Shown: positions 11,994 to 22,622, counted from the stretch's first letter. The stretch is DNA of 64,000 bases from an uncultured Candidatus Rokubacteria bacterium (GCA_963758635.1 CAVWWD010000007.1:425743-489742); one strand, 5' to 3'. A program made the numbers and translations. The notes: a model not told the origin generated them from the sequence alone.

Positions 11994-12670
11994 GGCTCGT
12001 GAGCCTCGCGCATCAGACCAATGCCGAGCGGTGGGACTATAGGGGCCCGTGGCGTTACCGTACCCTGCGAGGGTCACTCGCCGCGCTCGTGGCCGCGACG
12101 CTCTTCCTCGCGGCGTGCCAGGAGGAGCCGGCCCGGACGCCGGTGCTGCGGATCACGGAGCGCGCCCAGGCCCCGAACCCGAACGCGGGGCTCAGCACGG
12201 AGGCGTACCTGGCGGGTGCGCCGCGGGTGGAAGCCGCGGGCTATCCCGACCGTCCGCCGTTCTTCGTCCTCGCCCGCATGCCCGCCATCGAGAAGTTCCC
12301 GTGCGTCACCTGCCACACCGTCCCGCTGGAACGGATGCGCGGGCCCGCCGGCTCGCCCCGGCGCGCGCACTGGGGCGTGACGCTGCGGCACGCGCCGGCG
12401 GCGGTGATGAGCTGCGCGACGTGCCACACGCCCGACACCCCCGACACGTTGCGCACCCTCGAGCGCGAGCCGATCGACTTCGATCACAGCTATCAGGTGT
12501 GCGCCCAGTGCCACAGCCGCCAGGCGAGCGACTGGGCGAGCGGCGCGCACGGCAAGCGCGTGGGCGGATGGGCGCCGCCGCGGGTGGTCTTCGCCTGCGC
12601 CCACTGCCACAACCCGCATCAGCCGCGATGGGACACCAGGTGGCCCGCCGTGGCCGGGAGGCAGCAATGA
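11990..12670 (+). CDS. Tetraheme cytochrome c lipoprotein
   Basis: LFLAAC lipobox; CVTCH, CATCH, CAQCH, CAHCH. Repeat element inside the N-terminal leader. Confidence 0.78.
   Translation: MRLVSLAHQTNAERWDYRGPWRYRTLRGSLAALVAATLFLAACQEEPARTPVLRITERAQAPNPNAGLSTEAYLAGAPRVEAAGYPDRPPFFVLARMPAIEKFPCVTCHTVPLERMRGPAGSPRRAHWGVTLRHAPAAVMSCATCHTPDTPDTLRTLEREPIDFDHSYQVCAQCHSRQASDWASGAHGKRVGGWAPPRVVFACAHCHNPHQPRWDTRWPAVAGRQQ
12000..12076 (+). mobile_element. MITE-like palindromic repeat, copy 1 (in frame in CDS)
   Basis: Ends TGAGCCTCGC...GCGAGGGTCA (9/10 inverted match), flanked by CTCG direct repeats; three homologous copies elsewhere in the window. Confidence 0.75.
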
Positions 12671-13788
12671 CGCCCTTACGTCCGCTTCCCCTGATACAGC
12701 CCCGCGCGGCGCACGGTCGCGGGGGATGCGCGTGCGGCGGTGGCGGGTGCGGATGCGGCGGCGACGACGGCGGGCTCGAGCGCGTCCGACAGCTCGCCGC
12801 CGCGACGCCCCCGCCGGAAGGCCTCGACCCGGGCGAGGACCCCCATCTGTCCGGCTTCCGCCAGCTCATGGAGCGCGAGGTGGATCGGCGCACCGCGCTC
12901 GGCGGCATCGCCGGCGGGCTCCTCGCGGGGCTCGGCCTCTTCCAGACCGCGTGCAACCCCGTCGCCTCCGCGGAGGCCCGCGAGCGCGCGGTGCTCGACT
13001 GGCAGGAGTACTTCCAGGGCAACTTCCGCCTGATGACCGACCAGGAGAAGACGGAGACCGTGCGCCGCCTCGAGCGCCTCCACCAGCTGCGCACCGGCCA
13101 GCGCGTGGAGGTGAGCGCCACCCCCGCGCGGGCCGGCGTGCTCTACGGCTACGCCTTCAACATCTCGAAGTGCCGGGGCTACATGGACTGCATCCGCGGC
13201 TGCGTGAAGGAGAACAACCAGGACCGCCGCAGCGGCATCCAGTACATCCGCATCCACGAGCACAAGAAGGGGCAGATCGACTTCGGCCACGCCGAGGACA
13301 ACTTCTTCCACGAGGTCCCCGCGGCCGGGCACTTCTACATCGGCACGCAGTGCTTCCACTGCCAGAACCCGCCGTGCGTGGACGTTTGCCCGGTCAAGGC
13401 CACGTGGATGGAGCCGGACGGCATCGTGGTGGTGGACTACAACTGGTGCATCGGCTGCCGGTACTGCATCGCGGCCTGCCCGTACGACGCGCGCCGCTTC
13501 AACTGGGCGGATCCCGTCGTCCCCGCCGACGAGGTGAACCCGGACCAGCACTACCTGGGCAACCGCCTCCGGAAGCAGGGGGTGGTGGAGAAGTGCACGT
13601 TCTGCATCCAGCGCTCGCGCGATGGCAAGAATCCGGCGTGCGTCGAAGCCTGTCCGACGGGCGCGCGCGTGTTCGGCAACCTCCTCGACCCCGACAGCGA
13701 GATCCGCTGGGTGCTCGCGAACAAGAAGGTGTTCCGCCTGAAGGAGGATCTCGGGACCGAGCCGAAGTTCTGGTACTACATGGACTGA
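12667..13788 (+). CDS. 4Fe-4S dicluster protein, DsrO/NrfC-like
   Basis: CFHCQNPPCVDVCP, CIGCRYCIAACP, EKCTFC...PACVEACP; Tat-like DRRTAL segment; ATGA overlap with the upstream gene. Confidence 0.9.
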   Translation: MTPLRPLPLIQPRAAHGRGGCACGGGGCGCGGDDGGLERVRQLAAATPPPEGLDPGEDPHLSGFRQLMEREVDRRTALGGIAGGLLAGLGLFQTACNPVASAEARERAVLDWQEYFQGNFRLMTDQEKTETVRRLERLHQLRTGQRVEVSATPARAGVLYGYAFNISKCRGYMDCIRGCVKENNQDRRSGIQYIRIHEHKKGQIDFGHAEDNFFHEVPAAGHFYIGTQCFHCQNPPCVDVCPVKATWMEPDGIVVVDYNWCIGCRYCIAACPYDARRFNWADPVVPADEVNPDQHYLGNRLRKQGVVEKCTFCIQRSRDGKNPACVEACPTGARVFGNLLDPDSEIRWVLANKKVFRLKEDLGTEPKFWYYMD

Positions 13789-13793
13789 CCGGC

Positions 13794-15044
13794 ATGAGCA
13801 CAGCCACGGCTCCGCCGGCTCGCCCGACCCTCGTCGGCTTCCTCGTGGACGCCCTCCGCGAGGTCACGCGCGGCCACGCCGTCTACCACGTGTGGATGGC
13901 CACGCTCACGCTGGTGATGCTGTGCGGGGCCTTCGCCTACTCCCTGCAGCTCCGGGAGGGCCTCGCCGCCACCGGCATGCACGACCACGTGAGCTGGGGG
14001 CTCTACATCTCGAGCTTCACCTTCCTGGTGGGCATGGCCGCCGCCGCCGTCATCCTGGTGATGCCGACCTACGTGCTCCACGACCAGGACTTCAAGAGCG
14101 CGGTGCTGTTCGGCGAGGGCCTCGCGGTGGCCGCGCTCGTCACCGCCATCGGCTTCGTGGTGGTGGACGTGGGCGGGCCGGCGCGGCTCTGGCACCTCAC
14201 CCCCGTCATCGGCATCTTCAACTGGCCGCGCTCGATGCTGGCGTGGGACATCCTCGTGCTCAACGGGTATCTCGCCCTGAACCTCTCGATCCCGTTCTAC
14301 ATCCTCTACAGCCACTACCGCGGCCGCGAGCCCAACCCGCGCTACTACGTGCCCGCGGTGTTCCTGTCCATCCTGTGGGCGGTGAGCGTGCACCTGGTGA
14401 CGTCCTTCCTCTACGCGGGCCTCCCCGCGCGCCCGTACTGGCACACCGCGCTGCTCGGGCCGCGCTTCCTCGCCACCGCCTTCGCGGCGGGCCCGGCGCT
14501 CATGATCATCATCCTGGCCGTGATCCGCCGGAACACCGCGTATCACATCCCGGACGCCACGCTCCAGAAGCTCGCGCTGATCGCGACGGTGGCCGCCCAG
14601 GTGTGCCTGGTGATGCTCGTCTCCGAGCTCTTCACCGAGTTCTACCGCACCACCCATCACAGCGAGAGCGCGATGTACCTCTACTTCGGCCTCCACGGGC
14701 AGCGCGACCTCGTCCCCTGGGCCTGGACCTCGGTCGTCCTCATCGTGGTGGCCACCGCCTTCCTGAGCGTGCACGGCGTGCGCCGGACCCCCGCCCTCCT
14801 CTACACGTTCTGCGCCGTGCTGTTCGTCGGCGTCCTCATCGAGAAGGGCATCGGCACGATCATCCCGGGCTTCGTGCCCGAGCCCTGGGGCAAGATCCCG
14901 CGCTACGTCCCGACCGGCGTGGAGCTGATGGTGAGCGCGGGGCTGTGGGCGCTCGGCGCCTTCGTCTTCACCGTGCTCGCCAAGGCGGCGATCCCGGTCG
15001 AGCTGGCGCGGATGGCCTCGCGGCCCGGCGCCCCGGGCCACTGA
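13794..15044 (+). CDS. NrfD/PsrC-family membrane protein, DsrP-like
   Basis: GMHDHVSWGLYISSFTFLVG, WDILVLNGYL, RPYWHTALLGPRFLATAFAAGPA; about 10 TM segments. Confidence 0.9.
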   Translation: MSTATAPPARPTLVGFLVDALREVTRGHAVYHVWMATLTLVMLCGAFAYSLQLREGLAATGMHDHVSWGLYISSFTFLVGMAAAAVILVMPTYVLHDQDFKSAVLFGEGLAVAALVTAIGFVVVDVGGPARLWHLTPVIGIFNWPRSMLAWDILVLNGYLALNLSIPFYILYSHYRGREPNPRYYVPAVFLSILWAVSVHLVTSFLYAGLPARPYWHTALLGPRFLATAFAAGPALMIIILAVIRRNTAYHIPDATLQKLALIATVAAQVCLVMLVSELFTEFYRTTHHSESAMYLYFGLHGQRDLVPWAWTSVVLIVVATAFLSVHGVRRTPALLYTFCAVLFVGVLIEKGIGTIIPGFVPEPWGKIPRYVPTGVELMVSAGLWALGAFVFTVLAKAAIPVELARMASRPGAPGH

Positions 15045-15150
15045 GACGGGCGGCTTCTGACCATGACGACGGTACCGGCCGCGGCGGTCAAGGCTCGCTC
15101 CGCCGGCGAGGCGAGCGTACAGGCGGAGATCGGATGAAGGACCATCGAAC

Positions 15151-16215
15151 GTGAACTGGCTGCTCGCGCTGATCCCCGTCGCCGCCGTGCTCGATCGCAT
15201 GGCGGCGCCGGCGCCCGTCGTCTTCCTCGTCGCGGCGCTGGCCATCGTGCCGCTCGCCGCGCTGATCGTCCGCAGCACGGAGCAGGTGGCGGAGCGCACC
15301 GGGCCCGCGGTGGGCGCGCTCCTCAACGCCACGTTCGGCAACCTGCCCGAGCTGATCATCTGCGTCGTGGCGCTCCGGGCCGGCCTGGTGGACATGGTGC
15401 GCGCGTCGCTCGTCGGCGCCATCCTCGCCAACGTGCTGCTCGCGCTTGGCGTGGCGTTCATCCTCGGCGGGCGCCGGCATCACGTGATGGACTACAACCC
15501 GGCCGGCGCCCGGGCCTACGCGAGCATGCTCATGCTCGCCGTCATCACCCTGGCCATGCCCGCGGCCTTCCACCGGTTCCTCGAGGTGCCGGTGCCCGAC
15601 TCGAGCCGCGCCGTGGACCTGGCAACGTCGCTGGTGCTCCTGGCGACGTACGTCTGCTACCTCGTGTACATGATCGGCACGCACCCGGAGTTCTTCGCGG
15701 CGCGCGACGCGGGCGGGCACGGCGGGCATGGTGGGGCCACGTGGAGCGCGCCCCGCGCGGTGGGGACGCTGGTCGGCGCGTCCGCGGGCGCGGCGTGGAT
15801 GAGCGAGACGCTGGTGGGCGCCGCCGAGGCCACCGGCCACGCCCTCGGGATGTCGCCGATCTTCCTCGGCATGGTCCTGCTCGCGGTGATCGGCGGCGCG
15901 GCGGAGAGCGGCTCCGCCATCGCGATGGGGCGCGCGAACAAGCCGGACCTCGCGGTGGGGATCGCCATGGGCAGCTCGATCCAGATCGCGCTGTTCGTCA
16001 CGCCGATCCTGGTGCTCTCGAGCGGCCTCTTCGCGCCCGCGGCGCTCGGGCTCGAGTTCAGCCGGCTCGAGATCGGCACGCTCTTCCTCGGGACGCTCAT
16101 CGTGACGACCACGTCGGCCGACGGGCGGGCGACGTGGTTCAAGGGCGTCCAGCTCCTCGCCGTGTACCTCGTCATCGCGGGCGCGGTCTACTGGCTGCCC
16201 ACGGCGGCGCGGTGA
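15151..16215 (+). CDS. Calcium/proton exchanger (CaCA, Cax/ChaA-like)
   Basis: LLNATFGNLPELII and IAMGSSIQIALFVTP repeats. Confidence 0.9.
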   Translation: MNWLLALIPVAAVLDRMAAPAPVVFLVAALAIVPLAALIVRSTEQVAERTGPAVGALLNATFGNLPELIICVVALRAGLVDMVRASLVGAILANVLLALGVAFILGGRRHHVMDYNPAGARAYASMLMLAVITLAMPAAFHRFLEVPVPDSSRAVDLATSLVLLATYVCYLVYMIGTHPEFFAARDAGGHGGHGGATWSAPRAVGTLVGASAGAAWMSETLVGAAEATGHALGMSPIFLGMVLLAVIGGAAESGSAIAMGRANKPDLAVGIAMGSSIQIALFVTPILVLSSGLFAPAALGLEFSRLEIGTLFLGTLIVTTTSADGRATWFKGVQLLAVYLVIAGAVYWLPTAAR

Positions 16216-16222
16216 CGGCGCC

Positions 16223-16958
16223 GTGACCGCCGCGACGGCGTCCGGAGCGACCGCGGGCCGCGGCGAGCGGACTTCGCCGCGCGTACCGCGATCATCGGTA
16301 CGCGGTCCTCTTCTACGCGCTGCTGCTGACGCTCGGCGCGATGCCGTTCCTCACCGCCTTCGGCTTCAGCGCGGACGTGCTCCAGGTGTTCCTGGCGCTG
16401 AGCCTCCTCCTCGCCGTGCTCGACGTGCCCGATCAGCGCTGGCGGACCGTGCTCATGCTGCTCGCCGCCGTCGCGTTCGGCGTTCGCGCCGTGCCGCTCG
16501 CGGCGGTGGGGGCCGGCATGGCCACGGGCGCCCTGGTGGTGGTGAGCGGCATCGCGCTCCTTGCCGTGGTGAGCACCATTCGCTTCGCGTTCGGCGCCAG
16601 GGTCGTGGACAGCGAGCACGTGTACGCGGCGCTCAGCGCCTACCTGCTCGCCGGGCTGTTCTTCGGCCTCCTCTACTGGGCGGTGGCGCTGGCCTGGCCC
16701 GAGTCGTTCGCCGACGCCGGCCGTCCCGGGGCGGCCGGGTTCCCGCTGTCCACGGCCATCTACTACAGCTTCGTGACCCTCGCCACGCTCGGGTACGGCG
16801 ACGTGATCCCCCGGACCGACGTGGCGCGCGGGATCGCCGTGGTGGAGGCCGTCGCCGGCCAGCTCTACGTCGCGGTGATCATCGCCCGGCTCGTCGGCGC
16901 CCGGCTCCAGGCGCAGGAGCCGCGGGGAGACTCGACGCGCGGCGGCGGCTCCGCGTAG
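16223..16958 (+). CDS. Potassium channel family protein (5' frameshift; start uncertain)
   Basis: YYSFVTLATLGYGDVIP pore signature. Confidence 0.85.
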
Positions 16959-17059
16959 CGGCGGCGCGAAGTCGGCGCTGGGTGATCCGGGCCCGGTGCC
17001 GTATCCTACGGCGGGGAGTTTCGCAGATCCCACATCCGCGACGAAGAGGAGATGCCCGC

Positions 17060-18157
17060 ATGATCGAGTCCCGCCGTGCCGCCGTCACCCGACGCGAGTT
17101 CCTCGCCACTTCCGCGCTGGCCGCCGCGGCCACGTCCGTGCTCGGACCGGCCCATCTCGGCGCGCAGGCGCGCGTGACCCGGGTACACGACCTCCAGACG
17201 ACCGCCGACCTGGCCAAGGCCGAGCAGGAAGGCGAGGTCGTCTACTACGGCCACGACGGCGAGGCGGGGATCGGCACGCTGCTGGACGCGTTCAAGAAGG
17301 ACTTCCCGAAGATCAAGACGAGCTACGTGAGGCTCCAGACCGGCGCCCTCTACGCGAAGATCATCGCGGAGCGGTCGGCGGGACGCTTCGGGGTGGACGT
17401 GCTCCAGCTCTCCGACATCTCGCCGGCCATCGACTTCCAGAAGAAGGGCGGCTGGGAGGTGCACGTGTCGCCCGAGCTCGGCGGGTACAAGCCCGAGCAC
17501 CAGTCGAGCCCGCCCGGCCACTACACGTGGGGCGGCGTCTCGTTCGCGGGGATCGCGTACAACCGCAGCAAGGTGAAGCCGGAGGAGGCGCCGAAGACCT
17601 GGAAGGACATCCTCAAGCCGGGCTTCCGCGACGGCGTCAGCGCCAAGCTCGCCACCTCCGGCATGCAGCACGCGCAGTGGTACATCCTGCGCAAGCTCTA
17701 CGGCGCGGAGTTCTGGCAGGAGTTCGCGAAGCAGCGCCCGAAGGGCTTCGACGCCCGCGCCCAGCTCTTCGACCGCCTCTCCAAGGGCGAGGACCGCATG
17801 TGCGTGCTCGCCGAGTACGCCGGGTACACGCTCTTCGCCGAGAAGGGGGCGGAGATCGAGTTCGTGGCGCCCGCCGACGGCCTGCCCGCCACCTCGTTCT
17901 TCATCGGCGTGGTGAACCGCGCCCCGCATCCGGAGGCGGCCAAGCTTTTCGTGGACTGGGCGCTGTCCAGGCGCGGCCAGGCCGTGTACCAGAACCAGAA
18001 GATCCTCCTGTACGGGTCGCTCCGCACCGACGCCGGCCCGATGCCCACCGGCAAGCGGCTGGCCGACTTCAAGCTCCTGTTCCCCACGGACTGGAACGAC
18101 TACGTGGCGAGCCACCCCGTGTTCGTGAAGGAGTGGAACTCGATCATGGGGCTCTAG
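17060..18157 (+). CDS. ABC transporter substrate-binding protein (AfuA/FbpA-like), Tat-exported
   Basis: TRREFLA Tat motif; PKTWKDIL; APHPEAAKLFVDWALS. Confidence 0.88.
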   Translation: MIESRRAAVTRREFLATSALAAAATSVLGPAHLGAQARVTRVHDLQTTADLAKAEQEGEVVYYGHDGEAGIGTLLDAFKKDFPKIKTSYVRLQTGALYAKIIAERSAGRFGVDVLQLSDISPAIDFQKKGGWEVHVSPELGGYKPEHQSSPPGHYTWGGVSFAGIAYNRSKVKPEEAPKTWKDILKPGFRDGVSAKLATSGMQHAQWYILRKLYGAEFWQEFAKQRPKGFDARAQLFDRLSKGEDRMCVLAEYAGYTLFAEKGAEIEFVAPADGLPATSFFIGVVNRAPHPEAAKLFVDWALSRRGQAVYQNQKILLYGSLRTDAGPMPTGKRLADFKLLFPTDWNDYVASHPVFVKEWNSIMGL

Positions 18158-18181
18158 CCCCGCCGGCCGCACCCTGGAGCG

Positions 18182-19918
18182 GTGGCCCAGTGCATTCCAG
18201 GTGCGACCGCTCGCGAGCGGCGCCTCGCAAGGCCGGCGGCTCGGGCCTCGCCAGGCGTCGTCAGCTTCGTGGTCGGCGGCGCCGCCGCCGTCCTCGTCCT
18301 CTATCCGATCGCGTACCTGATCCAGGCCTCGCTCAGCGTGGGCGACCCGCAGGCCCGGCCGCCCGAGGCCTACGGGCTCGACAACTTCACCGGGCTCGGC
18401 CGCTACGCCCACATCTTCGGCAACACGCTGCTCGTCGCCGCGGTGGCCACCGTGCTCGCCGTGGTCGTCGGATTCGTGATGGGCTGGATCCTCACGCGCA
18501 CCAACGTGCCGGGCCGGGCCGCCTTCGAGCAGCTCATGGCCATGCCGTACTACGTGACGCCCCTCATGGGCGCGCTGGCGTGGGCCCTCATCGGCTCGGC
18601 GAACAGCGGGTTCGTCAATGAGCTCTGGCGCGCGGTCGGCGGACGCGGCCACCTGATCGACATCAACACGCCGTGGGGCATCGCGTGGGTGATGGCGCTG
18701 TTCGAAGGCTCGGTCGCCTTCGTGATGATCGGCGCGGTCATGAAGTCGATGGACCCCGCCCTCGAGGAGGCGTCGCAGGTGCTGGGGGCGGGGCGGACCC
18801 GCACCATGCTGCGCATCACGCTGCCGCTGGTGCTGCCCGGGGTGCTGGGCGCGGCGGTATTCGTGTTCGCGGAGATGCTGGGCTCGTTCTCCGCCGCCCT
18901 CGTGCTGGGGCTGCCGAGCCGCTTCTACGTGGTCACCACCGCCATGTACCAGCTCGTCTCGCAGTACCCGCCGCGCTTCCCCACCGCGGCGGCGATGGGC
19001 GTGTCGCTCTTCGCCGTGATGTTCGTCATGGTCTGGGCGTACCGGCGCATCGTGAGCAGGGGGACGTACGCCACCATCACCGGCAAGGCCTTTCGGCCCC
19101 GCGTGATGGACGTGGGGGGGCTCCGGTGGCCGTTCCTCGCGCTCTGCGTGGCGTACCTGTTCGTGGCGGTGGTCCTGCCCGTCCTGACGATCGTCTACGC
19201 CTCGTTCCAGCGCCTGACCACGGTGTTCCCGCGCCGCGACAACTTCACGCTGGCGAACTACGCGATGGCGCTGTCGCTGGACGCGGTGCGGTCGGCGCTC
19301 TGGAACAGCCTGCTCCTCGGACTGGCCACCGCCACCATCGGCGTGGTCCTGATGGGCTTCCTCTCGTGGCTCATCTACCGCTCGCGCCTGCCCGGGGCCG
19401 GGGCCATCGAGTACCTGCTCATGTTCCCGCAGGCGGTGCCGCGGCTCGTGTTCGCGTTCGGCATGCTGTGGGCGTGGCTCGCGTTCCCGATCCCCATCTA
19501 CGGCACGCTGTGGCTGCTCCTGATCGCGTACCTGACGGTGTTCCTGCCCCTGGGGCTCCGCACGATCTCCGGCGTGATCCTCCAGATCGACCGCTCGCTC
19601 GAGGAGTCGGCGCAGATGTGCGGCGCCTCGTGGGGGCACCGGCTCCGCACCGTCACCATGCCGCTGCTCAAGCCCGGGCTGGTGGCGGCCTGGCTCCTCC
19701 TGTTCATCGCCAGCGTGCGCGAGCTGGGGGCGTCGATCCTGCTGATGGGCCCCAAGGCGAAGGTGATCACGCCGGCCATCGTCGAGTCGTGGTTCTCCAC
19801 CAGCTCGGAGCTGACCGCGGCCCTGGCGCTGCTCCAGACGGTGGCGGTGGCGGCCGCGCTCGCCGTGCTGTTCGCGGTGGCGCGCCGGGCCGCCCAGCAC
19901 GGCGGAGAGGGAGCATGA
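18182..19918 (+). CDS. ABC transporter permease (FbpB-like, duplicated)
   Basis: Two EAA-type loops ([20 protein letters not shown]); many TM segments. Confidence 0.92.
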   Translation: MAQCIPGATARERRLARPAARASPGVVSFVVGGAAAVLVLYPIAYLIQASLSVGDPQARPPEAYGLDNFTGLGRYAHIFGNTLLVAAVATVLAVVVGFVMGWILTRTNVPGRAAFEQLMAMPYYVTPLMGALAWALIGSANSGFVNELWRAVGGRGHLIDINTPWGIAWVMALFEGSVAFVMIGAVMKSMDPALEEASQVLGAGRTRTMLRITLPLVLPGVLGAAVFVFAEMLGSFSAALVLGLPSRFYVVTTAMYQLVSQYPPRFPTAAAMGVSLFAVMFVMVWAYRRIVSRGTYATITGKAFRPRVMDVGGLRWPFLALCVAYLFVAVVLPVLTIVYASFQRLTTVFPRRDNFTLANYAMALSLDAVRSALWNSLLLGLATATIGVVLMGFLSWLIYRSRLPGAGAIEYLLMFPQAVPRLVFAFGMLWAWLAFPIPIYGTLWLLLIAYLTVFLPLGLRTISGVILQIDRSLEESAQMCGASWGHRLRTVTMPLLKPGLVAAWLLLFIASVRELGASILLMGPKAKVITPAIVESWFSTSSELTAALALLQTVAVAAALAVLFAVARRAAQHGGEGA

Positions 19919-19934
19919 CGCGCGGGGAACGAGC

Positions 19935-21026
19935 GTGAGCCAGGCGTCGATCGAGGTGCGGGACCTGGTGGTGCGCTACGGCGCGGTGGCCGCGGTGCGC
20001 GGCGTCACGTTCACGGTGGGGGCGGGCGAGCACCTCACGCTGCTGGGGCCCTCGGGGTGCGGCAAGACGACGACGCTCCGGGCCATCGCGGGGCTGGAGC
20101 GGCCCACGTCGGGCGAGATCCAGATCGGCGGCCGGCCGGTGTTCTCGTCGTCACCCGCGGTGAACGTGCCCGCGGAGCGGCGCGGCCTGTCGATGGTGTT
20201 CCAGTCCTACGCGATCTGGCCGCACATGAGCGTGTTCGACAACGTGGCCTACGGACTCCGTGTGCGGAAGCGGCCGGCGGCCGAGGTGACGACGCGCGTG
20301 CACGAGGCGCTGGACCTCGTGCAGCTCGGCGACCTCGGCGCGCGGAGCGCGTCGAAGCTCTCCGGGGGGCAGCAGCAGCGCGTGGCCCTGGCCCGCGCCT
20401 TCGTGTTCTCGCCCTCGGTGCTGCTCTTCGACGAGCCGCTCTCGAACCTGGACGCGAAGCTCCGCGCCGAGATGCGCGTGGAGCTGAAGGAGCTGCAGCG
20501 GCGCCTCGACATCACGTCGGTGTACGTCACCCACGACCTCGAGGAGGCGCTGGCCATCTCCGACCGCATCGTGGTCATGCGCGACGGCATCATCGAGCAG
20601 GTGGGGACGCCGGCGGAGATCTACGACCGGCCGCGGAACACCTTCGTGGCGGACTTCGTGGGCTCGGCCAACCTCATCCGCGGCCGGCACCGGCCCGACC
20701 TCGGCGGCGACGGGCTCGTGGTGCTGGAGACGCCGGGCGGCGCGATCGTGCACGGCGTCTCCGCCGACCGCCGGCCCGGGGCCGAGGCGCTCATGGCCGT
20801 GCGCACGGTGCGGCTCCGCCTGGATCGCGAGCGCCCGGCCGCCACGGTCAACGTCTGGCCCGCCCGCGTGCGCCGTCGCGTGTTCCAGGGCGACTTCACC
20901 CAGTACCACCTCGACTGGGACGGCCGCACGCTGATCGTCCGCTCCGCCGCCCCCGACGCTCTCTCCGAGGGCGACGCCGTCTTCGTCACCGCCGACCCCC
21001 GCCACTGCGTTCTCCTCGAAGATTGA
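19935..21026 (+). CDS. ABC transporter ATP-binding protein
   Basis: [34 protein letters not shown]-terminal TOBE-like region. Confidence 0.95.
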   Translation: MSQASIEVRDLVVRYGAVAAVRGVTFTVGAGEHLTLLGPSGCGKTTTLRAIAGLERPTSGEIQIGGRPVFSSSPAVNVPAERRGLSMVFQSYAIWPHMSVFDNVAYGLRVRKRPAAEVTTRVHEALDLVQLGDLGARSASKLSGGQQQRVALARAFVFSPSVLLFDEPLSNLDAKLRAEMRVELKELQRRLDITSVYVTHDLEEALAISDRIVVMRDGIIEQVGTPAEIYDRPRNTFVADFVGSANLIRGRHRPDLGGDGLVVLETPGGAIVHGVSADRRPGAEALMAVRTVRLRLDRERPAATVNVWPARVRRRVFQGDFTQYHLDWDGRTLIVRSAAPDALSEGDAVFVTADPRHCVLLED

Positions 21027-21104
21027 CCCCCCGGCGTTGCGCGAGGGTCTGGTGCGCGGCCGTGACATCTGGCGCGTCAGACCTGCTGACCCGCTGTTCA
21101 GGAG

Positions 21105-22424
21105 TCAGGGGCGGGGTCTGGACTTGGGGAGGGTGCGGAGGGTGTCCTCGAAGGCCTGGAGGGTGGTAGCGACCTCGGCGTCGGCGTGGGCGAGGGAGAC
21201 GTACATCTTCTGGGAGTTCTTCACGACGCCGCGCTTGATGAGGCCGGTGGTGAGCGCACGGCCGAGGGTGGCGTCGGCGGCCTGGAGGGAGCGGTAGTCG
21301 GTCACGGGCTCTGCGGTGAACAGCAGGTCGAACACCACCGGCTCACCCACGACCTGCGCGGGCAGGCCGGACTTCTCGGCGAGAGCGGCGATGCCGGCCA
21401 TGAGCCGGCGACCGGTGCCGTGGAGCGTCTCGTAGGCGCCAGGGCGGCGTAGCTCGGCCAGCGTGGCGAGGCCGGCGACGGCGGCGATCGGGTTGCCGTT
21501 GAGGGTGCCGGACTGCGAGATGAAATCGCCGTGCCCGTCCTGCTGCGGATCGAACGGGCGCATCAGCTCCTCGGCCCCGCACACCGCGGCGAGCGGGAAG
21601 CCGCCGCCCACGATCTTCCCGACGGCGGCCAGGTCGGGCACGACACCGTAGTACTGCTGGGCCCCGCCGTAGGCCAGCCGGAAGCCGGTGACCACCTCGT
21701 CGAACACCAGCAGCACGCCGTGCCGGCGCGTGATCTCGCGCAGGCCCTGGAGGAAGCCGGGCTGGGGCGGGACCAAGCGCTGGAAGGGCTCCACGATGAC
21801 CGCGGCGAGCTCGTCGGCGTGCGCGGCCACGATGCCCTCGACGGTGCCGAGGTCGTTGTACGGCGCCACCAGCACCTCCGCCTCGATGGCGTGCGGGATG
21901 CCCGAGGAGTCCGGCACCGGCGCGGGGAACGCCTTGGGCGACCGCGGCGACGAGCTCATCATGGCGTAGTCGTGCGCGCCGTGGTAGCCGCCCTCGAACT
22001 TGAGGATCTTGTCGCGCTTCCTGTACGTGCGCGCCACGCGCAGCGCGAAGAAGGTGGCCTCGGAGCCCGTCGAGGTGAAGCGCACCTGCTCGGCGCACGG
22101 CATGGCCCGGCAGATCTCCTCGGCGAGCTGGATGATCGGCTCGTTGACCATGAAGTACGTGCTCCCGCCCTCGATCTGCTCGCGCACCGCCGCCACCACC
22201 GCGGGATGCGCGTGGCCCAGGACGAGCGGACCGGAGGCGAGCACGTAGTCGACGTACTCGCGCCCGCTCATGTCGTAGATCCTGGCCCCCTTGCCGGACT
22301 TGACCACGAACGCGGCCTCGTCGGCGTAGCGGGAGGTGCCGAGGACGCCGCCGGGCAGGCGGCGACGGGCGCGCTCGAGGAGATCGGCTTCGACGGCGGA
22401 ACGCTCGCGGGACGTGTCGGCCAT
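21105..22424 (-). CDS. Class III aminotransferase (glutamate-1-semialdehyde aminomutase-like)
   Basis: FEGGYHG, VFDEVVTGFR, GKIVGGGFP, SGTLNGNP. Confidence 0.9.
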   Translation of the reverse strand: MADTSRERSAVEADLLERARRRLPGGVLGTSRYADEAAFVVKSGKGARIYDMSGREYVDYVLASGPLVLGHAHPAVVAAVREQIEGGSTYFMVNEPIIQLAEEICRAMPCAEQVRFTSTGSEATFFALRVARTYRKRDKILKFEGGYHGAHDYAMMSSSPRSPKAFPAPVPDSSGIPHAIEAEVLVAPYNDLGTVEGIVAAHADELAAVIVEPFQRLVPPQPGFLQGLREITRRHGVLLVFDEVVTGFRLAYGGAQQYYGVVPDLAAVGKIVGGGFPLAAVCGAEELMRPFDPQQDGHGDFISQSGTLNGNPIAAVAGLATLAELRRPGAYETLHGTGRRLMAGIAALAEKSGLPAQVVGEPVVFDLLFTAEPVTDYRSLQAADATLGRALTTGLIKRGVVKNSQKMYVSLAHADAEVATTLQAFEDTLRTLPKSRPRP

Positions 22425-22622
22425 GGCGCACCTCGATGTGAGCCGCCCGGGCGGGGCGGGATCCGGTTGATCGGCCTGCTCGCGTCGCGGCGGTCGGCGG
22501 TCGGCCCGGCCCGCCGCGCCCGAGCATCGTCCCCGAGCGTACCTCAACGGCGGTCCGCCCGGCGGCTCTTTGCCGTAAGATGGGCCGTCACGCGACGGCC
22601 CGGCCGCGGCGTGGTCGACCAG

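Noticed and set aside
12000..12076. Repeat as tRNA or CRISPR unit
   Set aside because: tRNA-sized but lacks the TTC T-loop and CCA end; copies are dispersed with no spacers or cas genes.
12667..15044. Dissimilatory sulfite reduction (dsrOP)
   Set aside because: No dsrABCMKJ here; the genes are coupled to the nap operon.
21105..22424. Naming the aminotransferase hemL
   Set aside because: Lacks heme-pathway context and the N-terminus differs from the typical PGGVNSPVRAF; likely a paralogue.
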